Under the pieces are notes generated by a model, which did no database searches, had not been told where the DNA came from, and worked only from the letters and a program-made list of their open reading frames with translations. The position numbers and the translations under genes were made by a program. A stretch of 64,000 bases of DNA from Enterobacteria phage Aplg8. Every line of letters starts with the position of its first letter. Position 1 is the stretch's first letter. Where the stretch lies: sequence record NC_054902.1; one strand, written 5' to 3'. Positions 1-9,294 of the stretch are shown here, piece after piece.

Positions 1-780
1 ATTAATCAGGGAATTACTACGCTAATTACAGCTGGCACACAAAAACTGATAAGAAAATCAGGGGTTAGTAAATATCTTATTGGTGCCATGAGTCAACGTA
101 CAGTTCAAAGTTTATTAGGCTCATTTACAGTTGGTACATATTTAATTGACTTCTTTAACATGGCATATAACTCATCTGGATTGATGATATATTCTGTAAA
201 AATGCCAGAGAATAGATTATCCTATGAAACTGACTGGAACTATAATTCTCCTAATATTCGTATAACTGGAAGAGAATTAGACCCTTTGGTTATTTCATTT
301 AGAATGGATTCAGAAGCTTGTAACTATCGTGCAATGCAAGACTGGGTTAACGCTGTTCAAGACCCAGTAACTGGATTGCGTGCTTTACCGCAAGATGTCG
401 AGGCAGATATTCAGGTCAATCTTCATTCTCGCAATGGATTACCACATACTGCGGTGATGTTCACTGGCTGTATTCCAATATCTGTGAGTGCTCCTGAGTT
501 ATCATATGATGGAGATAACCAAATAACTACATTTGATGTTACTTTCGCTTATAGAGTCATGCAGGCTGGAGCAGTTGATAGACAAGCTGCCCTTGAATGG
601 CTTGAATCTGCTACTATAAATGGTATTCAAAGCGTTCTCGGAAATAGTGGAGGTGTTACTGGACTATCTAATTCGCTTTCACGACTTAGTAGATTAGGGG
701 GAACTGCAGGAAGCATTTCAAATATTAATACTATGACAGGAATTGTCAATTCGCAAAGTAAAATATTAGGAGCAATATAA
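1..780 (+). CDS. 54: Baseplate tail-tube initiator gp54-like protein, 5'-truncated at window edge
   Basis: Reading frame open from nt 1 with no stop before the ATG at 88; plus (late) strand; sits directly upstream of the alt cluster as 54-alt-30 in T4; followed by a terminator hairpin. Identity by synteny only. Confidence 0.5.
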   Translation: MNQGITTLITAGTQKLIRKSGVSKYLIGAMSQRTVQSLLGSFTVGTYLIDFFNMAYNSSGLMIYSVKMPENRLSYETDWNYNSPNIRITGRELDPLVISFRMDSEACNYRAMQDWVNAVQDPVTGLRALPQDVEADIQVNLHSRNGLPHTAVMFTGCIPISVSAPELSYDGDNQITTFDVTFAYRVMQAGAVDRQAALEWLESATINGIQSVLGNSGGVTGLSNSLSRLSRLGGTAGSISNINTMTGIVNSQSKILGAI

Positions 781-784
781 CAAT

Positions 785-815
785 GGGGACCTTTCGGTCC
801 CCCATATTTTTATTT
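785..815 (+). terminator. Rho-independent terminator after gene 54
   Basis: GGGGACC-tttc-GGTCCCC hairpin followed by a T-rich run (catatttttattt). Confidence 0.6.
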
Positions 816-1100
816 ACGGAATGAAATAAAAGCAGCAACTGAAGCAACAGAGGTTTCTTCAATATAAACCTCAATTTTTACCGGAGCTTCTGACTCAAAT
901 TTACCTGTTACTACACCCTGGAAAATGCTTTCAGTCTGTTCTGGCTTTGAAAAATTTTCAGAAGGAAAAATTCCAAACTTTTTATCGGTTCCGAAAATTT
1001 TAATAAATTCATCGTAAACTGCTTCATTAAAAGCATTATCAGCGGGAATAACGCCTTCAACGACGAGTTCTTGACCTAAAAAGCGCAAAGAAGATTTCAT
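810..1100 (-). CDS. Hypothetical protein, 96 aa
   Basis: ORF with GAGG Shine-Dalgarno about 8 nt before the ATG; directly downstream of the copy-A early promoter cassette. Confidence 0.45.
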   Translation of the reverse strand: MKSSLRFLGQELVVEGVIPADNAFNEAVYDEFIKIFGTDKKFGIFPSENFSKPEQTESIFQGVVTGKFESEAPVKIEVYIEETSVASVAAFISFRK

Positions 1101-1108
1101 TTTGTGTT

Positions 1109-1161
1109 CCTCATGTTATGTCAGTAAGACTACTATAACACAACACGAGGGACTTGTAAAC
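1109..1161 (-). promoter_or_regulatory. Early sigma70-type promoter plus leader, copy A of a 53-bp repeat
   Basis: Minus strand reads GTTTAC-N18-TATAGT, then a leader ending in CATGAGG immediately before the ATG at 1100; 52/53 identical to 16389-16441. Confidence 0.5.
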
Positions 1162-3218
1162 TACATTTTGAACTTTTTAGACATTCCGTTGATGTTAACC
1201 AAAGAAGCTAAGATTTGAGAAACTTCGTTTTCCTCTTCTTTTGATTCTTCTACAAGGAATTGATTAAATCCAGCCATTAGACGAACTTCACCAGTTTCCA
1301 TTAGATGGTCGCCATCATATACTGATTCCTCTAATTGTTCAGAAGGAGGAACGATTGTACCTTCGATTAGATACTTGTTATAAGCAGTTTCTTTCATAAA
1401 GTAAGTACTTACTTTATTAATCTTCAGTAAAATTCCACGTGGTAGAATAACTTCAGCTTCTGATGGAAATCCTGATAAATGACCCGGAACGATAACTTTG
1501 ATTCGCTCAGCTCCTTTAATTACCATACCCACGCTAGTTTCAGCATCTTCATTAGCATATGTAGAATGACTACCCATATGCATCAAATCTTCTGCATCAA
1601 CGGAACCTTCTCCTTCACCAGAAAATACTGCTCCGGAATCATCTAAGGCCATATAATTTTTACCATACTCACCAAAGATATTTGGTTTAAGTGATGTCGA
1701 TACGAAGTTCTTGAAATAGAACATTTTATTTTCAATGTTATGACGCAAAGTTTTAAAAGTAACTTCTTGTCCACGGTAAAGTGTAGTTCCTGGAGGAAGA
1801 ACTGAACCTTTAGCGAATGCAGAATCAAGCGTCTCAATATGTTTAATAGCTCGTTCCATATATTCTTCACGGGTAGAATCTGGTTTACCCAAAAGGAACG
1901 AGTTCATTTCAACATATGAATCTGCGCAATAATCTTCAATTACGTCAGATTCAGCCTGAGTTAATCCTTTTGGAGTTACTTCGGTGCTTGCATATTCATA
2001 CGCCTGAGCAGCGGATTCATCAATTAATTTATAAATGCCATTCATGACAAATTGAATAATAGCTGTCTTTTCATCTGGCGTAGCTTTAGAACCTTTAACT
2101 AAATCATTGACAATTTTCTTAATAACATCAAAGCTATTAGAAATATTAATGTCAGCAAGATCGCTTAAAATTTTATCAGTTTTATAATCAAAAAATTCTT
2201 TATTCTTTAAATATTCTTGAGAACTTTGATATGTTATATCGCTCTGCAACTTGATAGATGGATCACGTAAACGTGCATGGGCTAATGCAATATGATTTCG
2301 GAAGCTTTCTAGTTCATAATCGTTAGATTTAAAACGAGAAGCACTTCTCATACCACCGATAGCTCCTTTGCTGAAGTTTGAACCAATCTGAATAACGCCA
2401 GAGTTCATTGGTCCTTCTGCTTTATATACCGGAACTTTAGATTCAAACTCTTGATATTTCTTAGCAGCGAAGCTATCACCCTGAAGTGAAGCATCAACAG
2501 TAGAATATTGAGCTTGTGCTGCTAATCGACGACTAATTTTAGTTTTCTGAATAACAGCTTGATCCGTACGCTTATCATTTTCTAAAGCAATAGAAGCAGC
2601 AACTGCGACAGCTTTAGGAACAGCATTACCTGTTTTAACGTCTACATAAACATCACCAACCTTTGATTCAACTTTTGTGAATAACTCAGTTGAAATAGGA
2701 GGTACACCTGGAATGTCTTCTAAATTGGCATTTTTACGGTAAACCATAATATATGCATATTTCTTATCATAGTCCCAGATTTCCTTTAAAAGAACATATC
2801 GACCTGCTCCTTTAGTACGTACTAAACGGTCAGCAATAACTTGCATTTGACGAGCTGCGCCATTTGTTTTACTCTTTAGTACGCGGAATAAGCATGCATC
2901 AATTTTATACTGTTTCATTGTTTGAAGAGCAGTATCAAAAACAGCATTAATGACGCCAATTGGATTTCCACCTAAGTTTTTAAGTTTAACTAATGATAAT
3001 TTCTCGTTGACACCTATCATTACGATATGCATCATTTTGTCGCCTGGCTTAACGTTTTTATTCGTATCACCGCCAGAGGTGTATGTACAAAATCTAAATC
3101 CAGGAAGCACGCTTTCTTCACCGGCTTGAATAGCAAAAATTTGAGGTATTTTATGCTTAGGATTTAAGTTAACAACCGGCGCCGAAGCGCCGTCAAATAA
3201 TTCTGTAATAAGTTCCAT
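1161..3218 (-). CDS. Alt-family ADP-ribosyltransferase paralog, 685 aa
   Basis: N-terminal ~240 aa (MELITELFD...KISRR) about 65% identical to the adjacent alt product; C-terminal region retains R-S-E type motifs (YRGQEVTF, FVSTSL, EAEVILPRG); central region diverged. Confidence 0.8.
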   Translation of the reverse strand: MELITELFDGASAPVVNLNPKHKIPQIFAIQAGEESVLPGFRFCTYTSGGDTNKNVKPGDKMMHIVMIGVNEKLSLVKLKNLGGNPIGVINAVFDTALQTMKQYKIDACLFRVLKSKTNGAARQMQVIADRLVRTKGAGRYVLLKEIWDYDKKYAYIMVYRKNANLEDIPGVPPISTELFTKVESKVGDVYVDVKTGNAVPKAVAVAASIALENDKRTDQAVIQKTKISRRLAAQAQYSTVDASLQGDSFAAKKYQEFESKVPVYKAEGPMNSGVIQIGSNFSKGAIGGMRSASRFKSNDYELESFRNHIALAHARLRDPSIKLQSDITYQSSQEYLKNKEFFDYKTDKILSDLADINISNSFDVIKKIVNDLVKGSKATPDEKTAIIQFVMNGIYKLIDESAAQAYEYASTEVTPKGLTQAESDVIEDYCADSYVEMNSFLLGKPDSTREEYMERAIKHIETLDSAFAKGSVLPPGTTLYRGQEVTFKTLRHNIENKMFYFKNFVSTSLKPNIFGEYGKNYMALDDSGAVFSGEGEGSVDAEDLMHMGSHSTYANEDAETSVGMVIKGAERIKVIVPGHLSGFPSEAEVILPRGILLKINKVSTYFMKETAYNKYLIEGTIVPPSEQLEESVYDGDHLMETGEVRLMAGFNQFLVEESKEEENEVSQILASLVNINGMSKKFKM

Positions 3219-3221
3219 GAT

Positions 3222-5318
3222 TTATCCTTGAACGAACTTGTAAGGCATGTTTGTAATATCTATGCAAGACGCAATAATTCCAAGAGATGATTCTACTTTC
3301 TGTTTAACATTTGATGAAACAAATGATGCAAAGTCAACTCTGTCTTCTATTTCAATATCACCTGTCATTGCAACTACTTCGCCAGTTTCCATTAAACGGT
3401 CACCGTCATAAATTACCGATTCGGTGAGTTCTTCGGTGGTCATAACTTCAGCTTGAATGAGTTTTGTATTATTAGACGTGGTTCCGTCATTATTAGAAGC
3501 ATCAGTTATTTTATTAACTTTGACCATCAATCCGCGCGGTAGAATAACTTCGGCTTCTGTTGCTATTCCGAGACTTCCTGGATATACAACATTAACTTTA
3601 TGAGCTCCATCAATTGCCCATCCTATTTGAACTTTAACGTATTCAGGATTTTCTTTATACGCTCTTATTTCGTTTGGATTAATAGTTATTCCTTCTTCAT
3701 TTTTATCAACTGTCAATTCATTACGAGCTTCTGGTTCTAAAAGACCAATACCAGCATGTGTAATTCCAAAACGTCCAAAAATGATAGGAGTTAAAGAAGT
3801 AGATACAAAATTTCTGAAATAGAACACTTTATTTTTAACTAGTGCTTCGTATATAGGAGCAGTCATACTTTGAGCACGATAAACTGTGATGCCTTCCGGT
3901 ATGCGGTCACCATTTTCAAAAGCTGAATCTAAGTTATTTATAGCAGATTCAATTTCTTTTTCACTCATTACATCATATCGTTCTGGATTGTAACGACCTA
4001 AAAGAAGATTATTGATGTCAGTATATCCTGAACCGCAATATTCTCTAATGCCACGCTTTTGTGATGGAGTATATTTAGAACCATCGCGGGCAATAGTAAT
4101 ATCAATCATTGGACCAGCACCAATTCCAGAAAAACTGTAAATCATTCGTTTGAGGAATTTAGTTTTTGCTGCGTTCCAGGAATTTTTAGTTATTTCTTCC
4201 CAGACTTCATCTGGTTGTCCTTTACGATTTTTATTATGATTAGCAAGCCATTTATCTTTATAATCTTCAAAGAATTGATTTACAGCTGCTGCGTATTTCT
4301 CTAAACATTTTATTGAAGTAGTTGGTTCATTTTTAATTGCATTAAAAATTACTTCTTTAATTTTTTCTGAAACTTCACCGACTTGACTCATTGGAAAGAA
4401 TTTATAATCATAGTGAAGTTCATCTGCCGTTCCTTTAGCAATAATTTTTGCTGCCTTTGTTTTAGAAGCTAATGAATTAATTCCAATTTTCATTTCTTCT
4501 GCTTCGGGAATTAAAGGTGCAGTAGCTGGTTTATTAAAATTAGCTGCTGTAGATTCATACTTCTGGAATAATTCACTTTCAAATCTAGAAGATTCCAATG
4601 ACTGACTTTGTGCAATTGCTCTACGGGAAATTTTAACTTTAACGATTACGGCTTGGTCAGAACGTTTATCATTTTCTTGTGCAATAGATGCAGCAATTGC
4701 CTCATTTTTGGTTACTTGAGCTCCAGTATCTTTATTGATATAAACATCACCGACTTTCGATTCAACTTTAGTAAAGAGCTCGGTACTAATTTCCGGAACT
4801 CCTGGAATGTCTTCTAGTGATACATTTTTACGATGTATAAGAATATATGCATACTTTTTATCGTAATCCCAGAGTTCCTTAAGAAGGACGTATCTGCCAC
4901 CTGAACGACTGCGGATGAGTCTATCAGCAATAAGTTGAATTTGTCGAGCTTGACCGGCGGTTTTAGACTTAAGAATACGGAGCATACAGGCATCAATTTT
5001 ATACTGACGCATCGTTTGCATCGCAACAGTAAAAACTGAATTGATGTAATTAATTGGGCTTGGACCGAGACCTTTTAATTTAGCAATTGAACCTTTAGCA
5101 GTTAATGTAAAAGGAACAATATGCATCATTTTATCGCCCATCTTTAAATCGCGATTAGTATCACCTCCAGATGTATAGGTACACAAACGAAAGCCTGGTT
5201 GTTCAATTGCGTCATCAACATGAACTGAAAAAATTTGCGGTATTTTCTTCTTTGGATTTAAGTTTGTAATCGGAAGAGTAGTATCTTCGTCAAATAATTC
5301 TGTAATGAGTTCCATCAT
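3222..5318 (-). CDS. alt: Alt ADP-ribosyltransferase, head-packaged; probable start at the second Met
   Basis: 698-aa ORF starting MMELITELFDEDTTLPI; motifs YRAQSMTA, FVSTSL, EAEVILPRG; T4 Alt is 682 aa (recalled); located next to gene 30 as in T4. Confidence 0.85.
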   Translation of the reverse strand: MMELITELFDEDTTLPITNLNPKKKIPQIFSVHVDDAIEQPGFRLCTYTSGGDTNRDLKMGDKMMHIVPFTLTAKGSIAKLKGLGPSPINYINSVFTVAMQTMRQYKIDACMLRILKSKTAGQARQIQLIADRLIRSRSGGRYVLLKELWDYDKKYAYILIHRKNVSLEDIPGVPEISTELFTKVESKVGDVYINKDTGAQVTKNEAIAASIAQENDKRSDQAVIVKVKISRRAIAQSQSLESSRFESELFQKYESTAANFNKPATAPLIPEAEEMKIGINSLASKTKAAKIIAKGTADELHYDYKFFPMSQVGEVSEKIKEVIFNAIKNEPTTSIKCLEKYAAAVNQFFEDYKDKWLANHNKNRKGQPDEVWEEITKNSWNAAKTKFLKRMIYSFSGIGAGPMIDITIARDGSKYTPSQKRGIREYCGSGYTDINNLLLGRYNPERYDVMSEKEIESAINNLDSAFENGDRIPEGITVYRAQSMTAPIYEALVKNKVFYFRNFVSTSLTPIIFGRFGITHAGIGLLEPEARNELTVDKNEEGITINPNEIRAYKENPEYVKVQIGWAIDGAHKVNVVYPGSLGIATEAEVILPRGLMVKVNKITDASNNDGTTSNNTKLIQAEVMTTEELTESVIYDGDRLMETGEVVAMTGDIEIEDRVDFASFVSSNVKQKVESSLGIIASCIDITNMPYKFVQG

Positions 5319-5338
5319 ATCCTCTCTAGTGTTTATTC

Positions 5339-5346
5339 TATTTATA
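5339..5346 (-). promoter_or_regulatory. T4-type late promoter (TATAAATA) upstream of alt
   Basis: Exact TATAAATA on the minus strand about 20 nt upstream of the alt ATG; preceded by a GGCC-cgaa-GGCC hairpin. Confidence 0.5.
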
Positions 5347-5367
5347 AAATTAAAGGCCCGAAGGCCT

Positions 5368-5556
5368 TTAATAATCTATTGGTAAGAGAGTACGATATAT
5401 TTCAAACTTTGGACCTTTTTCATAGGCATCAAATGTTTCTGTGAATTTATTATAAGCATATGCATCTATAAATTCAATCATAATTTGTGATACAGAAGTA
5501 GAAACATCTCCACCTTCTTTTTGAGCCACGACAATTGTTTCTAAGTAAGCTTTCAT
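5368..5556 (-). CDS. Hypothetical protein, 62 aa
   Basis: ORF whose start overlaps the gene 30 stop (ATGA-type overlap). Confidence 0.4.
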   Translation of the reverse strand: MKAYLETIVVAQKEGGDVSTSVSQIMIEFIDAYAYNKFTETFDAYEKGPKFEIYRTLLPIDY

Positions 5557-7016
5557 AAACCAGTTACCTCATGAAAATCGCCAAATACATCTTCGAACGT
5601 ATTAGCTTTAGTTTTATCTTCACGTAAACGAATCGCAATCGGAAGAAATAATTTAACGTAATCAGTGCGGCCATCAGATTTTAACCAACCGTTGCATTCG
5701 CACTCTAGAATTTTTCCAATATAATAATTTTGGTTTTCCATAATGCGAGTACGGTCAAGTTCATGCGATTTTACACCGGCTTTATCTTTTAAGCCTGAAC
5801 CAGCATTTACTTTAATTTTTCCACACTCTGATTCAAGAATAAATCCACCTGCTTTAGTAGGGTCTTTACGGTGAGGATAAATTCCTACAATTTTTAAATC
5901 AACATCAATTACTTCTTTAAATTTATAGAGATTTTTTGAACGAGCATTTTCCCATAACCCATCAACGTTTTTGAGAATAATACCTTCAAGACCTTGATCA
6001 ATATACTTTTTGTAAATTACCTTAGCTTCATCTAGGTTATTTACTACCTGGTTTTCAATTAAAATTACTTTATCATAGCCTGATGTCATTTGTTCTAGTT
6101 TAGAAAAACGTACATCATATTTTAAACGAAACGCCGGAAGACCGTATATTTCTACCAACGGGACATAATCCCAAACCTGAAACTTCATGCATTGAGCTTC
6201 TTTTTCAGAAATGGTTCCTTTTAAGGATTTATTGGCGATTCCATTAGAAGTAGTACGAGATTCCGCTACTTCGGCGAATTCTTTAGCTTTACTAATTTCA
6301 GGATAAGCATCAAAAAGAAAATCTAGGCCTTCTGGTTCCTTTTTAACTTGCTCATGGTATACCAATTCGCCATCAATTAACACGCCTTCTGGATGAATCT
6401 GGCGGGCTTCAGCAGTCATTTTGATTAACTCTTCCTTAAGAAGATCTAATCCTAGATATTCATTACCAGCTCGCGATAAAAGACGAACATCATCTAATTC
6501 ATCACCTCTAACTTCAGCAAAACATCGAGCTCCATCTGCTTTTAACTGCGCAAAGGCTGGAAATTTGATATTCTTACTAATGCCCTTTTCATCATAAGAA
6601 CTTGCCAGCATTTGAGGTTGTTCAGGAATTAAACCTGGCCAAACTTTGTTTGCAATAGATACTGAAGCACCGCATTCAAGGTCTCGCATCATCACTCGAC
6701 GCAAAACTTCAACATCATCCTTTTTACCATCGGTGATATATCCAGTCAATTCCTCAATTGCAGCATTTCCGGTCAATTTCCGAGTAGCTAACGTGAATTC
6801 AATGAAGTCAAGCATATCGGTAATAGTCAGCATTCCAAAACTCTGGGTAGCAATACCAGGTTTAGGCCATTTCTTGATATAATACTGTAACCCACGAGAA
6901 TAAGTCAGACGATATACCCGTTTAAGCAATTCATTATCTTTATTCTTTTCAAGAATTGCTTGCTTCTGCTTAGTTGATCCAATAGATGCTATTTCATTCA
7001 GAATTTTAAGAATCAT
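5553..7016 (-). CDS. 30: ATP-dependent DNA ligase
   Basis: 487 aa, same length as T4 gp30; start MILKILNEIASIGSTKQKQ; adenylation motif KADGAR. Confidence 0.95.
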   Translation of the reverse strand: MILKILNEIASIGSTKQKQAILEKNKDNELLKRVYRLTYSRGLQYYIKKWPKPGIATQSFGMLTITDMLDFIEFTLATRKLTGNAAIEELTGYITDGKKDDVEVLRRVMMRDLECGASVSIANKVWPGLIPEQPQMLASSYDEKGISKNIKFPAFAQLKADGARCFAEVRGDELDDVRLLSRAGNEYLGLDLLKEELIKMTAEARQIHPEGVLIDGELVYHEQVKKEPEGLDFLFDAYPEISKAKEFAEVAESRTTSNGIANKSLKGTISEKEAQCMKFQVWDYVPLVEIYGLPAFRLKYDVRFSKLEQMTSGYDKVILIENQVVNNLDEAKVIYKKYIDQGLEGIILKNVDGLWENARSKNLYKFKEVIDVDLKIVGIYPHRKDPTKAGGFILESECGKIKVNAGSGLKDKAGVKSHELDRTRIMENQNYYIGKILECECNGWLKSDGRTDYVKLFLPIAIRLREDKTKANTFEDVFGDFHEVTGL

Positions 7017-7282
7017 TGCTCATCCTTCAAAGTTTGGTTTACAGCTCTATTATAAATCAATTCATCATTAAGCTCAGGCAAAGACTTATGATATGTAGTT
7101 CTAACTTTATTTCCTTGCATCCAGTGCTTGACGTAAATGAAACCTTGCTCTACACATTTTTTAAAAATTCGTTCGTCTTTTTGAGCTCGGAATTCTGGAT
7201 TGCATCTAAAAAATTGATTTACGTGACCGTAATCACGTGTAGTATTACCTTCATTTTCATAAATAGTGTGAACGACAAACAT
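7013..7282 (-). CDS. Hypothetical protein, 89 aa (30.1 position)
   Basis: ORF tightly packed after gene 30. Confidence 0.5.
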   Translation of the reverse strand: MFVVHTIYENEGNTTRDYGHVNQFFRCNPEFRAQKDERIFKKCVEQGFIYVKHWMQGNKVRTTYHKSLPELNDELIYNRAVNQTLKDEQ

Positions 7283-8118
7283 TAGAATGCTCCTTGGAAA
7301 ATATTATCACCACCAGTAGGTCTATTATACAAATACTCTATGCCACCAGGTTTAATATAGTTCCATGTCTGAAAAGGATGCGTCTGATATGGATGATATA
7401 GATTATAAGGATTAAATCCAGGAGTTCTCCAGGTAGTGTTCCAAGGAAAAGAATCGTTTTTAATCATCTTCTCAATTACATCTTTTATAACTTTTTCACT
7501 ATCAAAACTTTCTTTATTTTCCTTCGATGGAAAAAGCTTATTCTCTACATCATTCCATGTATAAACTCGCTGTGCAGTTTTTGGAATACTGTCACGCTCC
7601 CCTCGAGCCATCCAATAAACAGGAACATTTAATATTTCACTCGCGTGATCGCAATGGTGAGCGAGATCGTCAATATAACAAATTACGTTATATTTCTCTT
7701 TTGCCTTTTTGAACAACTCTTCTTTTGAAGAATCATGACCACACATCAATACTTCTGAGAAGGCACCAGGAAAAAGAGCATTCAAATTAAATTGACGATT
7801 CAGCAGAGCGTCAATAGAATCACCCAATGCTGTAACAGCTACAAAATTATAATCTTCTTTTAATTTGTTAATTACACACAGAGCATCTTTATATGGAGAC
7901 AAGTAACGAATAAAATCCGAACGATTGTATTTTTCAATTAGCTTAACGCCAAGTTCTTCATCACAGTTAAAGAGTTTACCTGGAGAAATAAATTTTTCGT
8001 CCTGAATCATTTTTAAAATATGTTCTAATGGAAGATTATATTTTTGGGCAAAATAAGGAAGACCTGATTGCCAGCTTAAACATACACCATCAATATCAGT
8101 TAAAATAGTAGGCTTCAT
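7282..8118 (-). CDS. HAD-superfamily hydrolase-like protein, 278 aa (30.2 position)
   Basis: N-terminal ILTDIDGV resembles HAD motif I (DxDG); later YIDDLAHH acidic motif. Confidence 0.5.
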   Translation of the reverse strand: MKPTILTDIDGVCLSWQSGLPYFAQKYNLPLEHILKMIQDEKFISPGKLFNCDEELGVKLIEKYNRSDFIRYLSPYKDALCVINKLKEDYNFVAVTALGDSIDALLNRQFNLNALFPGAFSEVLMCGHDSSKEELFKKAKEKYNVICYIDDLAHHCDHASEILNVPVYWMARGERDSIPKTAQRVYTWNDVENKLFPSKENKESFDSEKVIKDVIEKMIKNDSFPWNTTWRTPGFNPYNLYHPYQTHPFQTWNYIKPGGIEYLYNRPTGGDNIFQGAF

Positions 8119-8579
8119 AGAGAGTCTCTTAATAGGTTTAACACATCAATAAATTCAGCTTCGGTTAATATTGTATCATCTTTTGTTAGACCACTAGCCA
8201 TGCTGTGCTTCAAAACTTTTCCTTTCGAGGCTTGTAATGCATCACGAAAGCCCCTGTTTTGGAACGCTGCTTCAAAATATGCATTTGTGTATAATTCTTT
8301 CCACGCTGGAGAGTATCTTGAAAACGGAACTCCGAGCCAGAAGAGGGTCCCACGGTCCTGAGCTCTAGCATAAGCTCGTCCAGCTTGTTGGGCAGCAAGC
8401 CCGGATAACCCAAATATACGACGTTGCTGTTCAACATTTTTCACCTTACACCCTTGGAGGAATCCTTCGAGACCTCCAAATTGGATACCATCCATAACAA
8501 AAGGCCATTGGGCGAAATTACTTAATGCGCATGATGGCCATTTAAAATTGCTTCTTATCTCTAGCTCAGACATTTTCAA
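8115..8579 (-). CDS. NADAR/YbiA-like domain protein, 154 aa (30.3 position)
   Basis: LSNFAQWPFVMDG...EGFLQGCKV aligns with the E. coli YbiA core FSNFAAWPIKVDG...EHYFQAQKF (recalled); C-terminal part alignable but lacks a clear ENDxxWG motif. Confidence 0.5.
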   Translation of the reverse strand: MKMSELEIRSNFKWPSCALSNFAQWPFVMDGIQFGGLEGFLQGCKVKNVEQQRRIFGLSGLAAQQAGRAYARAQDRGTLFWLGVPFSRYSPAWKELYTNAYFEAAFQNRGFRDALQASKGKVLKHSMASGLTKDDTILTEAEFIDVLNLLRDSL

Positions 8580-8772
8580 TACTTATAATTTCAACATCAG
8601 CCCAATGACCATAGCAAGGAAGACGAAATTCAACTGGCCAGTTAGGGTCCTTTTCTAATATAATAGACTCAACTTTCGGTTCTTCATGTTCATCAGTATA
8701 TGGATTTTTATCTGTTACTTTATATGTGACCTTAATGTACTGAATTCCAAAAATCTTATTAATTATATTCAT
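8566..8772 (-). CDS. Hypothetical protein, 68 aa
   Basis: ORF in operon-like array overlapping its neighbours by a few nt. Confidence 0.4.
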   Translation of the reverse strand: MNIINKIFGIQYIKVTYKVTDKNPYTDEHEEPKVESIILEKDPNWPVEFRLPCYGHWADVEIISIENV

Positions 8773-8966
8773 ACTAATTCCTTTAATCCGTAAATAGGAG
8801 ATAATTCATCGCCCATACGAAGGTCTTCATTTCCATCTACCCAGGAAACAATATAAGCCTCTTTTATTTGAATACCACTCCATTTAAATGGAGGTAGAAC
8901 CTTAGAAATTAATCCAGGTATACCAACTCCCTTTAATTCAACAGTTTGACCTAAAAAGAATTTCAT
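8769..8966 (-). CDS. Hypothetical protein, 65 aa
   Basis: ORF in operon-like array. Confidence 0.4.
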   Translation of the reverse strand: MKFFLGQTVELKGVGIPGLISKVLPPFKWSGIQIKEAYIVSWVDGNEDLRMGDELSPIYGLKELV

Positions 8967-9253
8967 TAGAACCTCATCTGAAAACCGTGCGATTTAACAT
9001 TACCGCCGCCAATATCAGAAATGTTAATTTCACGCGCAATTGAAGGATCAATGTCAATTTCACGATTGAGTTTAGTGATAGCTAAAGTATCGCGCCCATT
9101 TACAGTACGGAACTCTAAAGGACATACTACATTAACGTAGTTTTTAATCGATTCACTGGTAGGTTGCAAATGAGCAGGAAGGTCTTTAGGCGCTTTAGAG
9201 AAAACCACTTCACAGAAATTTTTGCGGGTATCAAAATAAGTAGTCATAAACAT
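8966..9253 (-). CDS. Hypothetical protein, 95 aa
   Basis: ORF preceded by a UUCG-loop hairpin (GGGGCTTCGGCCCC) and a GAGG Shine-Dalgarno. Confidence 0.45.
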   Translation of the reverse strand: MFMTTYFDTRKNFCEVVFSKAPKDLPAHLQPTSESIKNYVNVVCPLEFRTVNGRDTLAITKLNREIDIDPSIAREINISDIGGGNVKSHGFQMRF

Positions 9254-9294
9254 AGTATTTTCCTCAGTAAGGGGCCGAAGCCCCTCATTTTATT

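Noticed and set aside
1643-1870. 75-aa minus-strand ORF inside the Alt paralog gene
   Set aside because: Lies entirely within a well-supported 685-aa gene in another frame, with no Shine-Dalgarno or promoter; likely a chance ORF in AT-rich sequence.
4608-5026. Short ORFs 4608-4817 (+) and 4814-5026 (-) inside alt
   Set aside because: Embedded within or antisense to the alt coding region; no initiation signals; low-complexity translations.
6646-6882. 78-aa plus-strand ORF antisense to the DNA ligase gene
   Set aside because: Antisense to a conserved enzyme gene; no promoter or Shine-Dalgarno; typical spurious ORF.
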